DNA of 64,000 bases from Candidatus Saccharimonadota bacterium (GCA_025928155.1 JAICKC010000003.1:9069-73068), one strand, 5' to 3'; counted from the first letter of the stretch, positions 36,386 to 45,742 are shown. Notes: a model not told the origin generated them from the sequence alone. Program-made: numbers and translations.

Positions 36386-36412
36386 CTGGCACTCAAAACT
36401 CAAGATTGCCAA
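36386..36412 (-). promoter_or_regulatory. CIRCE-like operator and promoter of hrcA (autoregulation); mRNA is near-leaderless
   Basis: On the coding strand: TTGGCAATC-ttgagtttt-GAGTGCCAG (7/9 + 7/9). TTGAGT in the spacer, 17 nt, then TATACT (36375-80). The ATG lies 8 nt after the -10. Confidence 0.6.
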
Positions 36413-36418
36413 GCGTGA

Positions 36419-36961
36419 CTAGGCCGCCAGGGCAAGCTCAGCTAAAAGCAATGAACTCATAATGAGCCGCTCGCGCGGTTGGTCGGGGGTGTTGAGAGGA
36501 CGCTCAACAACACGCCCTTCGTAGCTCGCCTGAGCCTGCAACGCTATCGGCTTACCAGCATCCGTGAAACCAGTCAGGATGCTGACATGCGCAATGGCTG
36601 GCCCATCGCCTGGCTCAAGCAGCCTGGAAAACACGAGGTTGCCAATGTCTTCCGCTCGCACTTCACGAAACGGTTTTACCTTGCCGCCTGCCGCCTCGAG
36701 CGCGGCGAACATTTCGCGCGTATGGCGAAGACGCGACGGCCACGACGCCAGCTTCATTGCCTCGATTACCAGACCTGAGCAGTCAAGCCCGTCTCGAGCC
36801 CGCCCAACCTCCATGCACCTGCGTGGTGTCTGTATGGACTCAAAACACCCGGGCGAAAGCTCGTAGTGATATATTGCCGGACAGCCAAGGTACGCTCGGC
36901 CATTGTTAATAAACTCTGCTTTACATAAAATTTCTGCTGCATTATCCTCGCAATCCACCAT
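36419..36961 (-). CDS. NlpC/P60-family cysteine peptidase-like protein without a signal peptide
   Basis: GLDCSGLVIEAM (catalytic Cys motif) and IAHVSILTG (His). Confidence 0.55.
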   Translation of the reverse strand: MVDCEDNAAEILCKAEFINNGRAYLGCPAIYHYELSPGCFESIQTPRRCMEVGRARDGLDCSGLVIEAMKLASWPSRLRHTREMFAALEAAGGKVKPFREVRAEDIGNLVFSRLLEPGDGPAIAHVSILTGFTDAGKPIALQAQASYEGRVVERPLNTPDQPRERLIMSSLLLAELALAA

Positions 36962-37020
36962 TTATAGTTGCTAAACGTATGGGGGGGTTGCGAGAGTAGC
37001 TAGATCATTGTTAGGCTTCT

Positions 37021-37764
37021 TTACTTCTTAGCGAGTTCCTCACGAACTCGCTGTAACAGTTCTTGGGCAAGTTCACGAGCTTGCCGCTGCTTGTTTACAT
37101 CAACAATGTCCCGCTCAACGAGGTCACGAAGATCCTCGACCGCCCGCTCGATGGTATCATTCACCACAAACTGGAAATATGGCAGGTCGAGCATATTTTC
37201 CAAGACTTTTTCAGCAGTCTGGAGTCGGTTGGCAAACTCTTCGGGGTGTAGTTCTTCGCGCCCCAATAGCCGTTTGAGCCACACGTCGTAGCTGCTTGGC
37301 AGCAAACCAATAATATGCGCGTCCGGCTTGGCTTTCGCAACATTCTGTGTGCCCAGGTATTCAAAGTCCCGGATTGCAATCTTGTTGGCCTCGGTTGCCC
37401 GCTCGATTTCGCGGATGCTCAGACCCGAGACCTGTTGGTTGTGGATAATTTCGGCCTCTATAAACTCACCGCTGCGAATATCTTCCAGCATACCCTCTTC
37501 GGTTCTGAAGTAGTAGTTGACGCCGTCCTTTTCCATGGCGCCATTGCGCAACTTAGGCGGCCGCGTTGTGTCGGATATTACAAAGTAGTAGTTATAGTGC
37601 TTAGCCAAGTAGTCAATAATTGTATTACGGCCACCACCAGCCAAGCCCGACATTGCAACTAGATTGGCTTGTTTTAGCACGTGACGTGCGTGCTCAGAAA
37701 GGCGCAAATGCGCAATCGATTCCCGAAACTCTTTCATGTGCTCCAAGCGAACCGGTTCTGCCAT
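37021..37764 (-). CDS. Guanylate kinase-like protein with non-canonical P-loop
   Basis: ISDTTRPPKLRNGAMEKDGVNYYF matches the Gmk S.TTR.pR.gE.dG.dY.F block. The P-loop reads GLAGGGRNT instead of GPSGxGKST. Confidence 0.65.
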   Translation of the reverse strand: MAEPVRLEHMKEFRESIAHLRLSEHARHVLKQANLVAMSGLAGGGRNTIIDYLAKHYNYYFVISDTTRPPKLRNGAMEKDGVNYYFRTEEGMLEDIRSGEFIEAEIIHNQQVSGLSIREIERATEANKIAIRDFEYLGTQNVAKAKPDAHIIGLLPSSYDVWLKRLLGREELHPEEFANRLQTAEKVLENMLDLPYFQFVVNDTIERAVEDLRDLVERDIVDVNKQRQARELAQELLQRVREELAKK

Positions 37765-37866
37765 GAACCGATTATACCAGAATTAGTTCCGTTGTAAATT
37801 CCTCCACCTTGGTCAATATCGTAACAACGCTATACTAGAGGGACCATGGCAAAATAGAGTAAAGCA

Positions 37867-38403
37867 GTGAGCCAGGAAGCCAGCATCTCAGAACTTCACT
37901 ACCAGCTTGTTGCCCATCACCGGCGTTGTGGCGGCGATGTGTTGAGAGGCTACGGCTTGTGTACGCGTATTCTTGAAGTCCGCAGCCCCGTACGCTATAC
38001 CGCTTGGGGCGCGGACTACCTCACTGATGCAGGACGTATGCCTAGCATATTCTCCTGGAGGCGTCTTTCCGCGGCTCAGAGAAATGCGATGAGAGATCCA
38101 CTCGGGGTTCCGGCGCCAGCGCCTGCCGAGGCTTGGCTGAGCACTGCCATTCTGCTGAACAGCAGGCAGACGTCACTGACTCGCTTCGAATACAATGCCG
38201 AGACATGGAAACAGCTCGGAGAAGGCGATCCGATGGTGAGTACCGTAACCATTGATGCGCCTTACAACGATATCCATATAGACGATATGCGGGCAGGATT
38301 GGGTTTTAAGCGCACTCTCCCGCTTAACTTCGAGCGTGCCACAGGTGCACAGGTTGACGAGCTTACGACAGCGCTGCAGGGTCTTATTGCGACCGTAAGC
38401 TAG
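37867..38403 (+). CDS. Hypothetical protein
   Basis: 178-aa ORF with a GTG start and no motif. It converges on lepA with a 4-nt overlap. Confidence 0.4.
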   Translation: MSQEASISELHYQLVAHHRRCGGDVLRGYGLCTRILEVRSPVRYTAWGADYLTDAGRMPSIFSWRRLSAAQRNAMRDPLGVPAPAPAEAWLSTAILLNSRQTSLTRFEYNAETWKQLGEGDPMVSTVTIDAPYNDIHIDDMRAGLGFKRTLPLNFERATGAQVDELTTALQGLIATVS

Positions 38404-40193
38404 TCACGTTTAAGCATGACCGTAAAGGCTTCGGCCGGAATGTCGACTTTGCCAAAACGCTTCATGCGCTTTTTGCCTTTGGCTTGCTTGGCGAGCACTT
38501 TCTTCTTGCGGCTGACGTCGCCACCATACAGCCCGATCGTCACGTCTTTGCGGTAGGCACTGATGTCCTCGCGGGCAATGAATTTGCCGCCGATAGCCGC
38601 CTGCAGTGCCACCTGGAAGTTTTGGCGCGGGATGACTTCCTTGAGCTTCTCAACTGTTTCTTTGCCCAGGCGCTGCGCTTCGCTGCGATGCACCATAACG
38701 CTCAGCGCGCTCACTATTTCACCGGCTATGTAAAAATCGAGTCGTACCAGGTCTTCGGCGCGGTAGTCGGCCAGCTCGTAGTTGAAGCTGCCGTAGCCGC
38801 TGGTGATGCTTTTGAGCTGGTCGTAAAAGTCGGTGAGCAAGTTAGCCAGCGGCGCTTCGAACGCAACCACGGCGCGCTCTTCCACGTAGCTCAGGTTGGT
38901 TTGCAGACCGCGCTTGCCGCTGATGAGCTGGATAACCGGGCCGACGTAAGTCTGCGGCACGATGATCTCACCCTTTATCCACGGCTCGCGGATTTCGGCG
39001 ATTTGCGCTGGGTCGGGCAGGTCGGCCGCACTTTTTATGTCCAACTCTTCGCCGCTCGTCATCTTGATCTGGTAGTCAGTCGACGGGTTGGTAACGACCA
39101 GCTCGAGGCTGTATTCGCGCTCCAGCCGTTCGCGGATAATATCCATGTGGAGTAAGCCTAAAAAGCCAATGCGTACGCCAAAGCCGAGCACCGGCGAATT
39201 TTCCGGCGCGAACTGCAGCGCACTATCACTTAAACTCAGCTTTTCGATGGCGTCCTTGAGCTCCTGGTAATGCTCGTTGCTCTCCGGAAAAAAGCCGGCA
39301 TACACGAATGGCTGCACATCTTTGTAGCCTGGCAACGGTGCACTGGACGGGTGAGAAACTAGCGTAATGGTGTCGCCGACTTTAGCGTCGCGGGTGGTTT
39401 TGAGATTGGTCACAATATAGCCGATTTCGCCGGCCTTTAGACCCTGGCCGGGCGTCATATCGGGTGTAAGCGCGCCGACCTCCAGCGCCAAACCACTGGC
39501 GTCGGTGTTCATCATCTTAATCTGGGCGTTTTTGGCAATCCCGCCGTCAAACACCCGCACGTACAAAATCACCCCGCGATAGTCATCGTAGTAACTATCG
39601 AAAATCAACGCTCGTGTCGCATCACCGGTGTTGCGGGATGACAGTCCTCCCGCCGGGGGTGGGACATCGGTGATTACGCGCCCCAGGACTGCCTCGACGC
39701 CCTGGCCGGTTTTGGCGCTAATCTGGAGGATATCGTCGAATGTACAGCCGAGCAGGCTAACAATTTCGGCTCCCACGCGCTCCACATCAGCCGCTGGCAA
39801 GTCAATTTTGTTGAGGACGGGGATAATCGTGAGATCGGCGGCCATTGCCAAGTACACATTCGCGAGCGTCTGCGCTTGAATGCCCTGACTGGCATCAACT
39901 ACCAGCAGTGCCCCCTCGCAGGCCTGCAGGCTGCGTGACACTTCGTAGCTAAAGTCCACATGGCCGGGCGTGTCGATAAGGTTCAGTTCAAAGCCTTTGT
40001 ACTCCATACGTACAGGAGCTAGCTTAATCGTGATGCCCTTTTCGCGCTCCAAGTCCATGCGGTCGAGCAGCTGCGCCTTCATGTTACGCTTTTCCACGGT
40101 ACCGGTGAGCTCCAGCAGCCGATCAGCCAATGTGCTTTTGCCGTGGTCGATGTGCGCAATAATACAGAAGTTACGGATCTTTTCCTGATTCAT
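38400..40193 (-). CDS. lepA: Translation elongation factor 4 (LepA)
   Basis: IRNFCIIAHIDHGKSTLADR, DTPGHVDF and NKID. Conserved LepA C-terminal domain. Confidence 0.97.
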   Translation of the reverse strand: MNQEKIRNFCIIAHIDHGKSTLADRLLELTGTVEKRNMKAQLLDRMDLEREKGITIKLAPVRMEYKGFELNLIDTPGHVDFSYEVSRSLQACEGALLVVDASQGIQAQTLANVYLAMAADLTIIPVLNKIDLPAADVERVGAEIVSLLGCTFDDILQISAKTGQGVEAVLGRVITDVPPPAGGLSSRNTGDATRALIFDSYYDDYRGVILYVRVFDGGIAKNAQIKMMNTDASGLALEVGALTPDMTPGQGLKAGEIGYIVTNLKTTRDAKVGDTITLVSHPSSAPLPGYKDVQPFVYAGFFPESNEHYQELKDAIEKLSLSDSALQFAPENSPVLGFGVRIGFLGLLHMDIIRERLEREYSLELVVTNPSTDYQIKMTSGEELDIKSAADLPDPAQIAEIREPWIKGEIIVPQTYVGPVIQLISGKRGLQTNLSYVEERAVVAFEAPLANLLTDFYDQLKSITSGYGSFNYELADYRAEDLVRLDFYIAGEIVSALSVMVHRSEAQRLGKETVEKLKEVIPRQNFQVALQAAIGGKFIAREDISAYRKDVTIGLYGGDVSRKKKVLAKQAKGKKRMKRFGKVDIPAEAFTVMLKRD

Positions 40194-40307
40194 TGACCTC
40201 TATTATACTTGAAGAACGGATGAAAATGTGCGTTTACTTGCATTTTCTGAATACCGAAGAAGTCCATAGGGCGTACTAGCGGTGACTGTCTGGACGATAT
40301 AGGCCAC

Positions 40308-40583
40308 CTAGCTCTTTTTGGTGATAGCGTAGTAACGCTGCAAGTAAATAAGCTGGCCGATGATATCCTGCAGCTGGTGTTGTTCGACACTGGTTGCAGG
40401 CACGGCGTCAGCAACCTGCTCCAAGCGAGCTGCAAACGTTTCAAATAGATCACCCGATGCCACCATAGCCTGCAGGCGCAGTGCGTCAGTGCTTCTGGGC
40501 GCATCCCGCAGCAGCAAATCTATCCCTTCCCCTTCCGTTAAGGTCACATCTCTGGTGCTTATCACGTACGTCACGCTATTCAT
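40308..40583 (-). CDS. Hypothetical small protein downstream of radC
   Basis: 91-aa ORF with a 4-nt overlap on the radC stop. Confidence 0.4.
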   Translation of the reverse strand: MNSVTYVISTRDVTLTEGEGIDLLLRDAPRSTDALRLQAMVASGDLFETFAARLEQVADAVPATSVEQHQLQDIIGQLIYLQRYYAITKKS

Positions 40584-41314
40584 ATAAACTCCAGTATACT
40601 CTGGTAGCCTTTGGCTGCAATAATGAGGTGGTCAAGTAAATCGATACCGAGAATTTTGCCGGCCGCTACCAGCTGTTGTGTGACTTCCAGGTCAGCCTCG
40701 CTAGGCTCCAGGCTACCGGAAGGGTGGTTGTGCGCGATTATGACCGCTACTGCACCGTATTCGACAGCCGGCTGAAAGACCTCGCGCGGATGCACAACAT
40801 TAGAAGTAAGACTGCCGATGGAAATAATTTCGTCGTGGACAACCTGGTGCCGACTGCCTAGGTAGAGGCCGCGCAGCTGCTCTTTGCTGCTCGCGTACAT
40901 GTCGTGGAAATACTGGTGCGCTTGAGCAGATGTATGGATTTCGACAGGCTGGCCGCCGCGGCGCGTAGCATAGGCCCTGCGGCCAAGTTCAAAGGCGGCT
41001 ATCAGCTGGCAGGCTTTAGTAAATGGAATGTCGAGGGCTTCGGCAAGCGCGGTGGGCTGGGCATCGTTAAACACAGCCCGTTCGCCATATTCTTGCAGCG
41101 TACGTCTGGCCATGGTTAACACGTCCTCGCGGCGCGTGCCTACGCCCCACAACACGGCTAGCAGCTCTGCCTGGGTCAGACTCTGAGCCCCGGCGGCGAG
41201 CAGCTTTTCACGGGGCCGATCTTCGTCGGGTAGGTCTTTAACACGTATAACATACTCGTCGAGCAGCAGATCGGCATCGGATATACGGTATGGTCGGGAC
41301 AGCGTGGCAGACAT
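40580..41314 (-). CDS. radC: RadC-family JAB/MPN domain protein
   Basis: HhH-like N-terminus (ELLAVLWGVGT) and JAMM motif AVIIAHNHPSGSLEPSEAD. Confidence 0.85.
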   Translation of the reverse strand: MSATLSRPYRISDADLLLDEYVIRVKDLPDEDRPREKLLAAGAQSLTQAELLAVLWGVGTRREDVLTMARRTLQEYGERAVFNDAQPTALAEALDIPFTKACQLIAAFELGRRAYATRRGGQPVEIHTSAQAHQYFHDMYASSKEQLRGLYLGSRHQVVHDEIISIGSLTSNVVHPREVFQPAVEYGAVAVIIAHNHPSGSLEPSEADLEVTQQLVAAGKILGIDLLDHLIIAAKGYQSILEFI

Positions 41315-41378
41315 ATATGTATTAAACCACCTGGGGAGGAAAAAACGCTAGCTTTGTTGCGAAAAGTACGCTAATCCG

Positions 41379-42992
41379 TCAATATTCGATTTTTACTGGC
41401 CGATACAACACCCGTCGGATCCACCTCCAGAACGGACGAGCCTCTTCCAGCCCGAACAGACCCGAAATAGCAAAGTGCGTCGTCAGTACCACACCGGCCA
41501 GTATCAAGAACTTGGTGCCGACGGTAACGAGACCACGGTCGGCCGCGCCCAGCGGAATAAACCCGACCGTGACGTAGCCCGCCACCAAGCTAAATCCAGT
41601 AACCGATACGCTGCGAAACACGCCACTCCAGAAGGTACGTTCAAACAATGCACGGTCGCGCAGAATCATCACAACGCACAGGATAGCGACTTCTACCGCC
41701 GCCACAATGGACTGCGCTATAGCCAGACCGGCTAGGCCATAGCCACCTGGCTGTGTCAGCAAATCCGCGAGCGCAATGTTAAGCGTAATAGTAAAGATTG
41801 AAACATACAGCGGCGTTTTAGTGTCCTTCTGAGCATAGAACCAGCGTGAAATAATAGCATAGATGGTGCGGAAAAATATAGCCACTGTTAGAAAACCAAA
41901 CAGGTAGGCGATATCGGTACTGTTCTTAGAAAAAATGAGGTGGGCCAAGTAACCACGGCCGAAGTACGACACCACCACGACCGGCAACGCGATCCAAATA
42001 ATAAGCCGCAAATAACGCAGGAAGTCTTCTCGAAACAGGTCGGCGCGGCCGTGACTCAAACGATTATTAAGCCGCGGGAAGACCGCTGTGGAAATGGCGG
42101 TTCCTATCAGCAGCACCGGAGCGAGCTGCAATGTAAAAGCATTGTTATAGTATGAAACTGATCCCACGGCAAAGCGGCTTGCAAAGCGGGTCTCAACGAT
42201 AGATTCAAGCTGGTCCATCCCCTGGTCGATAGAGCGCGGTGGCAAGTTTTTAAGTACCTGGCGAAATTCGGCGCTGCGCCAGCTGATGTGCGGCGTCCAG
42301 CGAAAGCCAGTTCCGTATGTACCGGCAGCCACCACTAGCAGCTGCAGCACCGCGCCTACCAGCGCGCCGATACCAAGGCCGGTAATCCCCATATGCCACG
42401 GCCCGCCCTGGTGGCCGTTCGCCGTTGAAAATATCAGTGCGGCCAGGACAATACAGCCGTTGTATAACAGCGGGGCCGTGGCATAGAAGAAAAACCGCCC
42501 GAGCGCCTGCTGCGTCGCCGTGAGGATACCCGAAATGGTAAAAAGAAGCGGGTTTAGACTGAGGAAGCGCATGATCACCACTGAGTCATGCAACTGCGCT
42601 GGGCGCACGTGCACAATGTCTCGCATAATCGGCTCGGCACAGACAAATATGACTACCGCGGCGGCGACCATGATGAGCGTGAGCAGATTAAGCAGGCTGC
42701 CCACCAGCTTCCACATGCCCTTACGGTTATTCTTCGCTAAATAGTCAGCTAGTACCGGCATGAAGGCCACGCCCAGTGCGCCGGCCGATATCGTAAAGAA
42801 AAAGAAGTCAGGTATGGTGAAGGCGGCAAAGTAGCTATCGGTGCTATGCGGGCCAGTGGGTGAAAAGTTGGCGTTTACTAGTTTGGTACGGTAGAAACCG
42901 AGCAGCTGCGCGAGCAACGAGCTGCCCACGAGCAGAATGGCCGCCGAGCCCAGCGAAATCCGTTTACGTGTACGAGGTATGGTGAGATGCAT
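41379..42992 (-). CDS. murJ: Lipid II flippase MurJ (MviN family)
   Basis: 537 aa with about 14 TM helices. N-terminal LGFYRTKLVNANF..., typical of MurJ. Confidence 0.85.
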   Translation of the reverse strand: MHLTIPRTRKRISLGSAAILLVGSSLLAQLLGFYRTKLVNANFSPTGPHSTDSYFAAFTIPDFFFFTISAGALGVAFMPVLADYLAKNNRKGMWKLVGSLLNLLTLIMVAAAVVIFVCAEPIMRDIVHVRPAQLHDSVVIMRFLSLNPLLFTISGILTATQQALGRFFFYATAPLLYNGCIVLAALIFSTANGHQGGPWHMGITGLGIGALVGAVLQLLVVAAGTYGTGFRWTPHISWRSAEFRQVLKNLPPRSIDQGMDQLESIVETRFASRFAVGSVSYYNNAFTLQLAPVLLIGTAISTAVFPRLNNRLSHGRADLFREDFLRYLRLIIWIALPVVVVSYFGRGYLAHLIFSKNSTDIAYLFGFLTVAIFFRTIYAIISRWFYAQKDTKTPLYVSIFTITLNIALADLLTQPGGYGLAGLAIAQSIVAAVEVAILCVVMILRDRALFERTFWSGVFRSVSVTGFSLVAGYVTVGFIPLGAADRGLVTVGTKFLILAGVVLTTHFAISGLFGLEEARPFWRWIRRVLYRPVKIEY

Positions 42993-43063
42993 GAGAGTCT
43001 GCCGTCTAGTATAAACGTCTTGCGGATCAGATGACAGATGAATCCGGCATGGGGCGTGGAAAA

Positions 43064-45742
43064 CTAGTGGAGCTTAATAACACCGGATTCTACGTCGCGC
43101 GCGACTTTGGTGACGCTCGGCTCGGTTTGCGGTTCAGGAGCGCCGGCAGGTTTCTTTCTGCGGGTACGCTTGCGTTTGCGTTTAGCTGGTGGCGCCGGAG
43201 CGGCACCTGGTTCGAGTGCTTGCGGACCACGACTGGCCGGAGCTGGCGTTGGCGCAGGTTTTGGTAGGCTGCCGAGCACAGCTTGCGACAAGGCTACAGC
43301 CGGCGATTGTGGTTTTTTAGCAACTGGTGGCGCCGGAGCGGAGACAGGTGCCGCTGGCTTTGGCGCCTGCGGCTGAGCAGCTGCGGGTGACTGCTTGGCA
43401 GGTTTGGGTTCGGCAGGCTTTGGAGCGGCACTATCTGTAACCTGGTAGCGCTCGGCCATATAACGTTCCAGATAGTCTCGGGTTTGGGCGTACTGCGCAC
43501 GGGAGTGAGCGATAATCTGCGGGCTGTAGTCGGCGCCAAACGGCGGCAAATTAAGACTAATAGCACTAAAGGCCGGCACTTTTTCGCCGCCGATTGTCAT
43601 ACTGATGGCAAAGTGACGGTTGTTCATATGCACCAGATCGTGCTCTTCAAACTTCGGTTCGAAATATTTGAGCATAATGCGGGCGTCGTCGGCGCTGGTA
43701 CGGAAGCTGATGATGCTGCCCACGTTACCAAACACCGCGTCTTTAACCTCTTGCATCATCTGGGCGGTGTACTGGTTAGCGACAGTGAGGTTCAGACCAT
43801 ACTTACGGGCTTCACTCAAAATGGTCGCGAAGCTGTCAGTAGCAAAGTTCTGAAACTCGTCCACATAGAGATAGAACGGCGTCCGCTGCTCACCGCTGAT
43901 ATCAGCCCGACTCATGGCGGCCATCTGTACCTTGGTAACCAGCAGCGCGCCGAGCAGCGCAGCGTTGTCTTCGCCCACCAGACCCCGGCTTAGGTTCACA
44001 ATGAGGATTTTGTGCTCATCCATAATTTGGCGGATGTTGAAGCTGCTCCTGGGCTGGCCGATGATGTTACGCACCAGCGGGTTAGCGGTAAATGCACCTA
44101 CCTTGTTCAGGATCGGCGCTACAGCTTCGGTCATGAACCGATCGTTCCAGCTGGCAAACTCGATGATCCAAAAGTTACGCACCACTGGGTCGGCCACATA
44201 CTTCAGCACATCGTTCCGGAATTTTTTCTCGGTCAGAATGCGCGTGATGTCAAGCATGGTCGCGTCTGGATAGTCGAGCAGAGCCAAAATGCTGTAGCGC
44301 AAGATGTACTCCAGCCGCGGTCCCCAGCTGTTTTCGAAAATCCGCTTAATAACGCCGATCAGCTCGGAGCAGGTGTGGGTTTTGAGCTTGGGGTCGTAGA
44401 CCTCCAGCGGATTGAAGCCCATGGGGTAATCGGTGTCCGCCGGATTGAAGTACACCACGTCAGCTGCGCGCTCAGCCGGAATTCGTTTGAGAATCGCCTG
44501 TGCGTAGTCGCCGTGCGGATCGACAACCGCAAAACCGTAGGGACTGTAGATGTCGGAAATCGTCAGCAGCTCGAGCATACCAGACTTACCGGTGCCGGTC
44601 TGTCCGATGATGTACAGGTGCCGTCCGCGGTCGGACCTCGGCAAACCAAACATGGTGTTGTGCCCGCGGAAATTGGTGGCTGCGACAGGACTCAGACCTT
44701 CCCCCGTTTCGGGCGTAATCATCGGCAGATTGGCCGGTGGTTCGGCCGTTTGTGTCATCGCCCACAAGATATAGGGCGTTTCCACGTTGGTGTGGGGCAA
44801 GTGATACAGCGTGGCAACTTCTTCGATGTTGCACATAAAGCCGGTTCTATTGAAGGCACGGCTGCGGTAGTGTGCCACCAAAAACGCGTCATCTGCCACT
44901 CGTTTGGCTTCAAAGCCGTTCAGGTACGTACTGTTGAACTGCTTGTAGCTGGCAATGATACTCTGCATCTGTAGCTTGGCCTGCTGCTCGCTGGTGTTAC
45001 CGCGATACACAATACGCAGTTGGGTTTCAAACGCCAGTTTTTGAGCCTTCTCCTGCGCGGCACTCACCCGCGTCGTTTCGTAATCGCTGAGCTTGGGGGT
45101 CTCGGTTTTTGCCTCGGGCGGTTTCCAGAGCATACTCATATTCAATCCAAGACCGGCTCCTCCTCCGCCGCCTTTCATCCCAGCGATATAGCGCTCGCTG
45201 TTCTTGTGCCAGTTGCTAGCCGCCGGGCGGATGAGCGTTTGCAGCCAGGCCTCTTCGTCTTCGGTAAATTTGGCGAGCGTAGCCGTAATGGCCGCCAGGG
45301 GGTCAACCTCAAAGCTCTGGAACGTCTTGATGGGCAGCGCGTTGTGGCCGACAAACTTCAGCTCCGTAACGAGTTGGGTAGCAAAATTCTGCTCTGGATT
45401 GTAGGCGGCATAGTCGTCCACCTCACTGATATGTACCGTAGGATACTGGGCGTAAATTTGCTCTTCTACGAAGCTCTTGAGATAATTCGGCACCCACACG
45501 TAAAAGCCGATGCGCTTTTTGAGTACCGCAATCTCAAAGCTGAGGCACTCGCGCAGCACGGGCTTGAGCAGTCCCTGCTGCGGAATAGTAAGTAGCCCGT
45601 GCAAGCTGGCAAACATCTGTTCGGCAGCCAGCTCCTTCTGATCATTGGTGCGAGGCACCTGCAACAAAAGCACCACACCGCTATTGTCGTGGTCCTGGCC
45701 GCTGGAAGAGTTATGTATGCCTACCATATTCAAAAAGACCAC
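43064..45742 (-). CDS. VirD4/TraD-like (type IV secretion coupling protein-type) P-loop ATPase with a long Pro/Ala-rich and Lys/Arg-rich C-terminal tail
   Basis: Walker A IIGQTGTGKSG and Walker B LYVDEFQNF (TraM-recognition-type core). The tail is ...PKPAEPKPAKQSPAAAQPQAPKPAAP...PAKRKRKRTRRKKP. GTG at 45742 or ATG at 45727. Confidence 0.65.
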   Translation of the reverse strand: MVFLNMVGIHNSSSGQDHDNSGVVLLLQVPRTNDQKELAAEQMFASLHGLLTIPQQGLLKPVLRECLSFEIAVLKKRIGFYVWVPNYLKSFVEEQIYAQYPTVHISEVDDYAAYNPEQNFATQLVTELKFVGHNALPIKTFQSFEVDPLAAITATLAKFTEDEEAWLQTLIRPAASNWHKNSERYIAGMKGGGGGAGLGLNMSMLWKPPEAKTETPKLSDYETTRVSAAQEKAQKLAFETQLRIVYRGNTSEQQAKLQMQSIIASYKQFNSTYLNGFEAKRVADDAFLVAHYRSRAFNRTGFMCNIEEVATLYHLPHTNVETPYILWAMTQTAEPPANLPMITPETGEGLSPVAATNFRGHNTMFGLPRSDRGRHLYIIGQTGTGKSGMLELLTISDIYSPYGFAVVDPHGDYAQAILKRIPAERAADVVYFNPADTDYPMGFNPLEVYDPKLKTHTCSELIGVIKRIFENSWGPRLEYILRYSILALLDYPDATMLDITRILTEKKFRNDVLKYVADPVVRNFWIIEFASWNDRFMTEAVAPILNKVGAFTANPLVRNIIGQPRSSFNIRQIMDEHKILIVNLSRGLVGEDNAALLGALLVTKVQMAAMSRADISGEQRTPFYLYVDEFQNFATDSFATILSEARKYGLNLTVANQYTAQMMQEVKDAVFGNVGSIISFRTSADDARIMLKYFEPKFEEHDLVHMNNRHFAISMTIGGEKVPAFSAISLNLPPFGADYSPQIIAHSRAQYAQTRDYLERYMAERYQVTDSAAPKPAEPKPAKQSPAAAQPQAPKPAAPVSAPAPPVAKKPQSPAVALSQAVLGSLPKPAPTPAPASRGPQALEPGAAPAPPAKRKRKRTRRKKPAGAPEPQTEPSVTKVARDVESGVIKLH

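Noticed and set aside
40190-40504. 104-aa minus-strand ORF overlapping the lepA start and the 91-aa ORF
   Set aside because: It is an alternative frame that overlaps two better-placed ORFs and has an implausible Cys/Arg/Trp-rich composition.
43186-43340. 18-nt direct repeat (ctggtggcgccggagcgg) considered as an intergenic or mobile repeat
   Set aside because: Both copies lie inside the Pro/Ala-rich tail of the TraD-like CDS and encode the same PAPPA-type low-complexity peptide. This is an internal coding repeat, not a separate element.
44012-44974. Long antisense ORFs inside large genes: 320 aa in the TraD-like gene, plus 47295-48002 in ftsH, 38484-39155 in lepA and 32316-32990 across dnaK
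   Set aside because: Each one overlaps a gene with strong family signatures on the other strand. Their translations are low-complexity (Ser/Ala/Arg/Pro-rich). I treat them as shadow frames.
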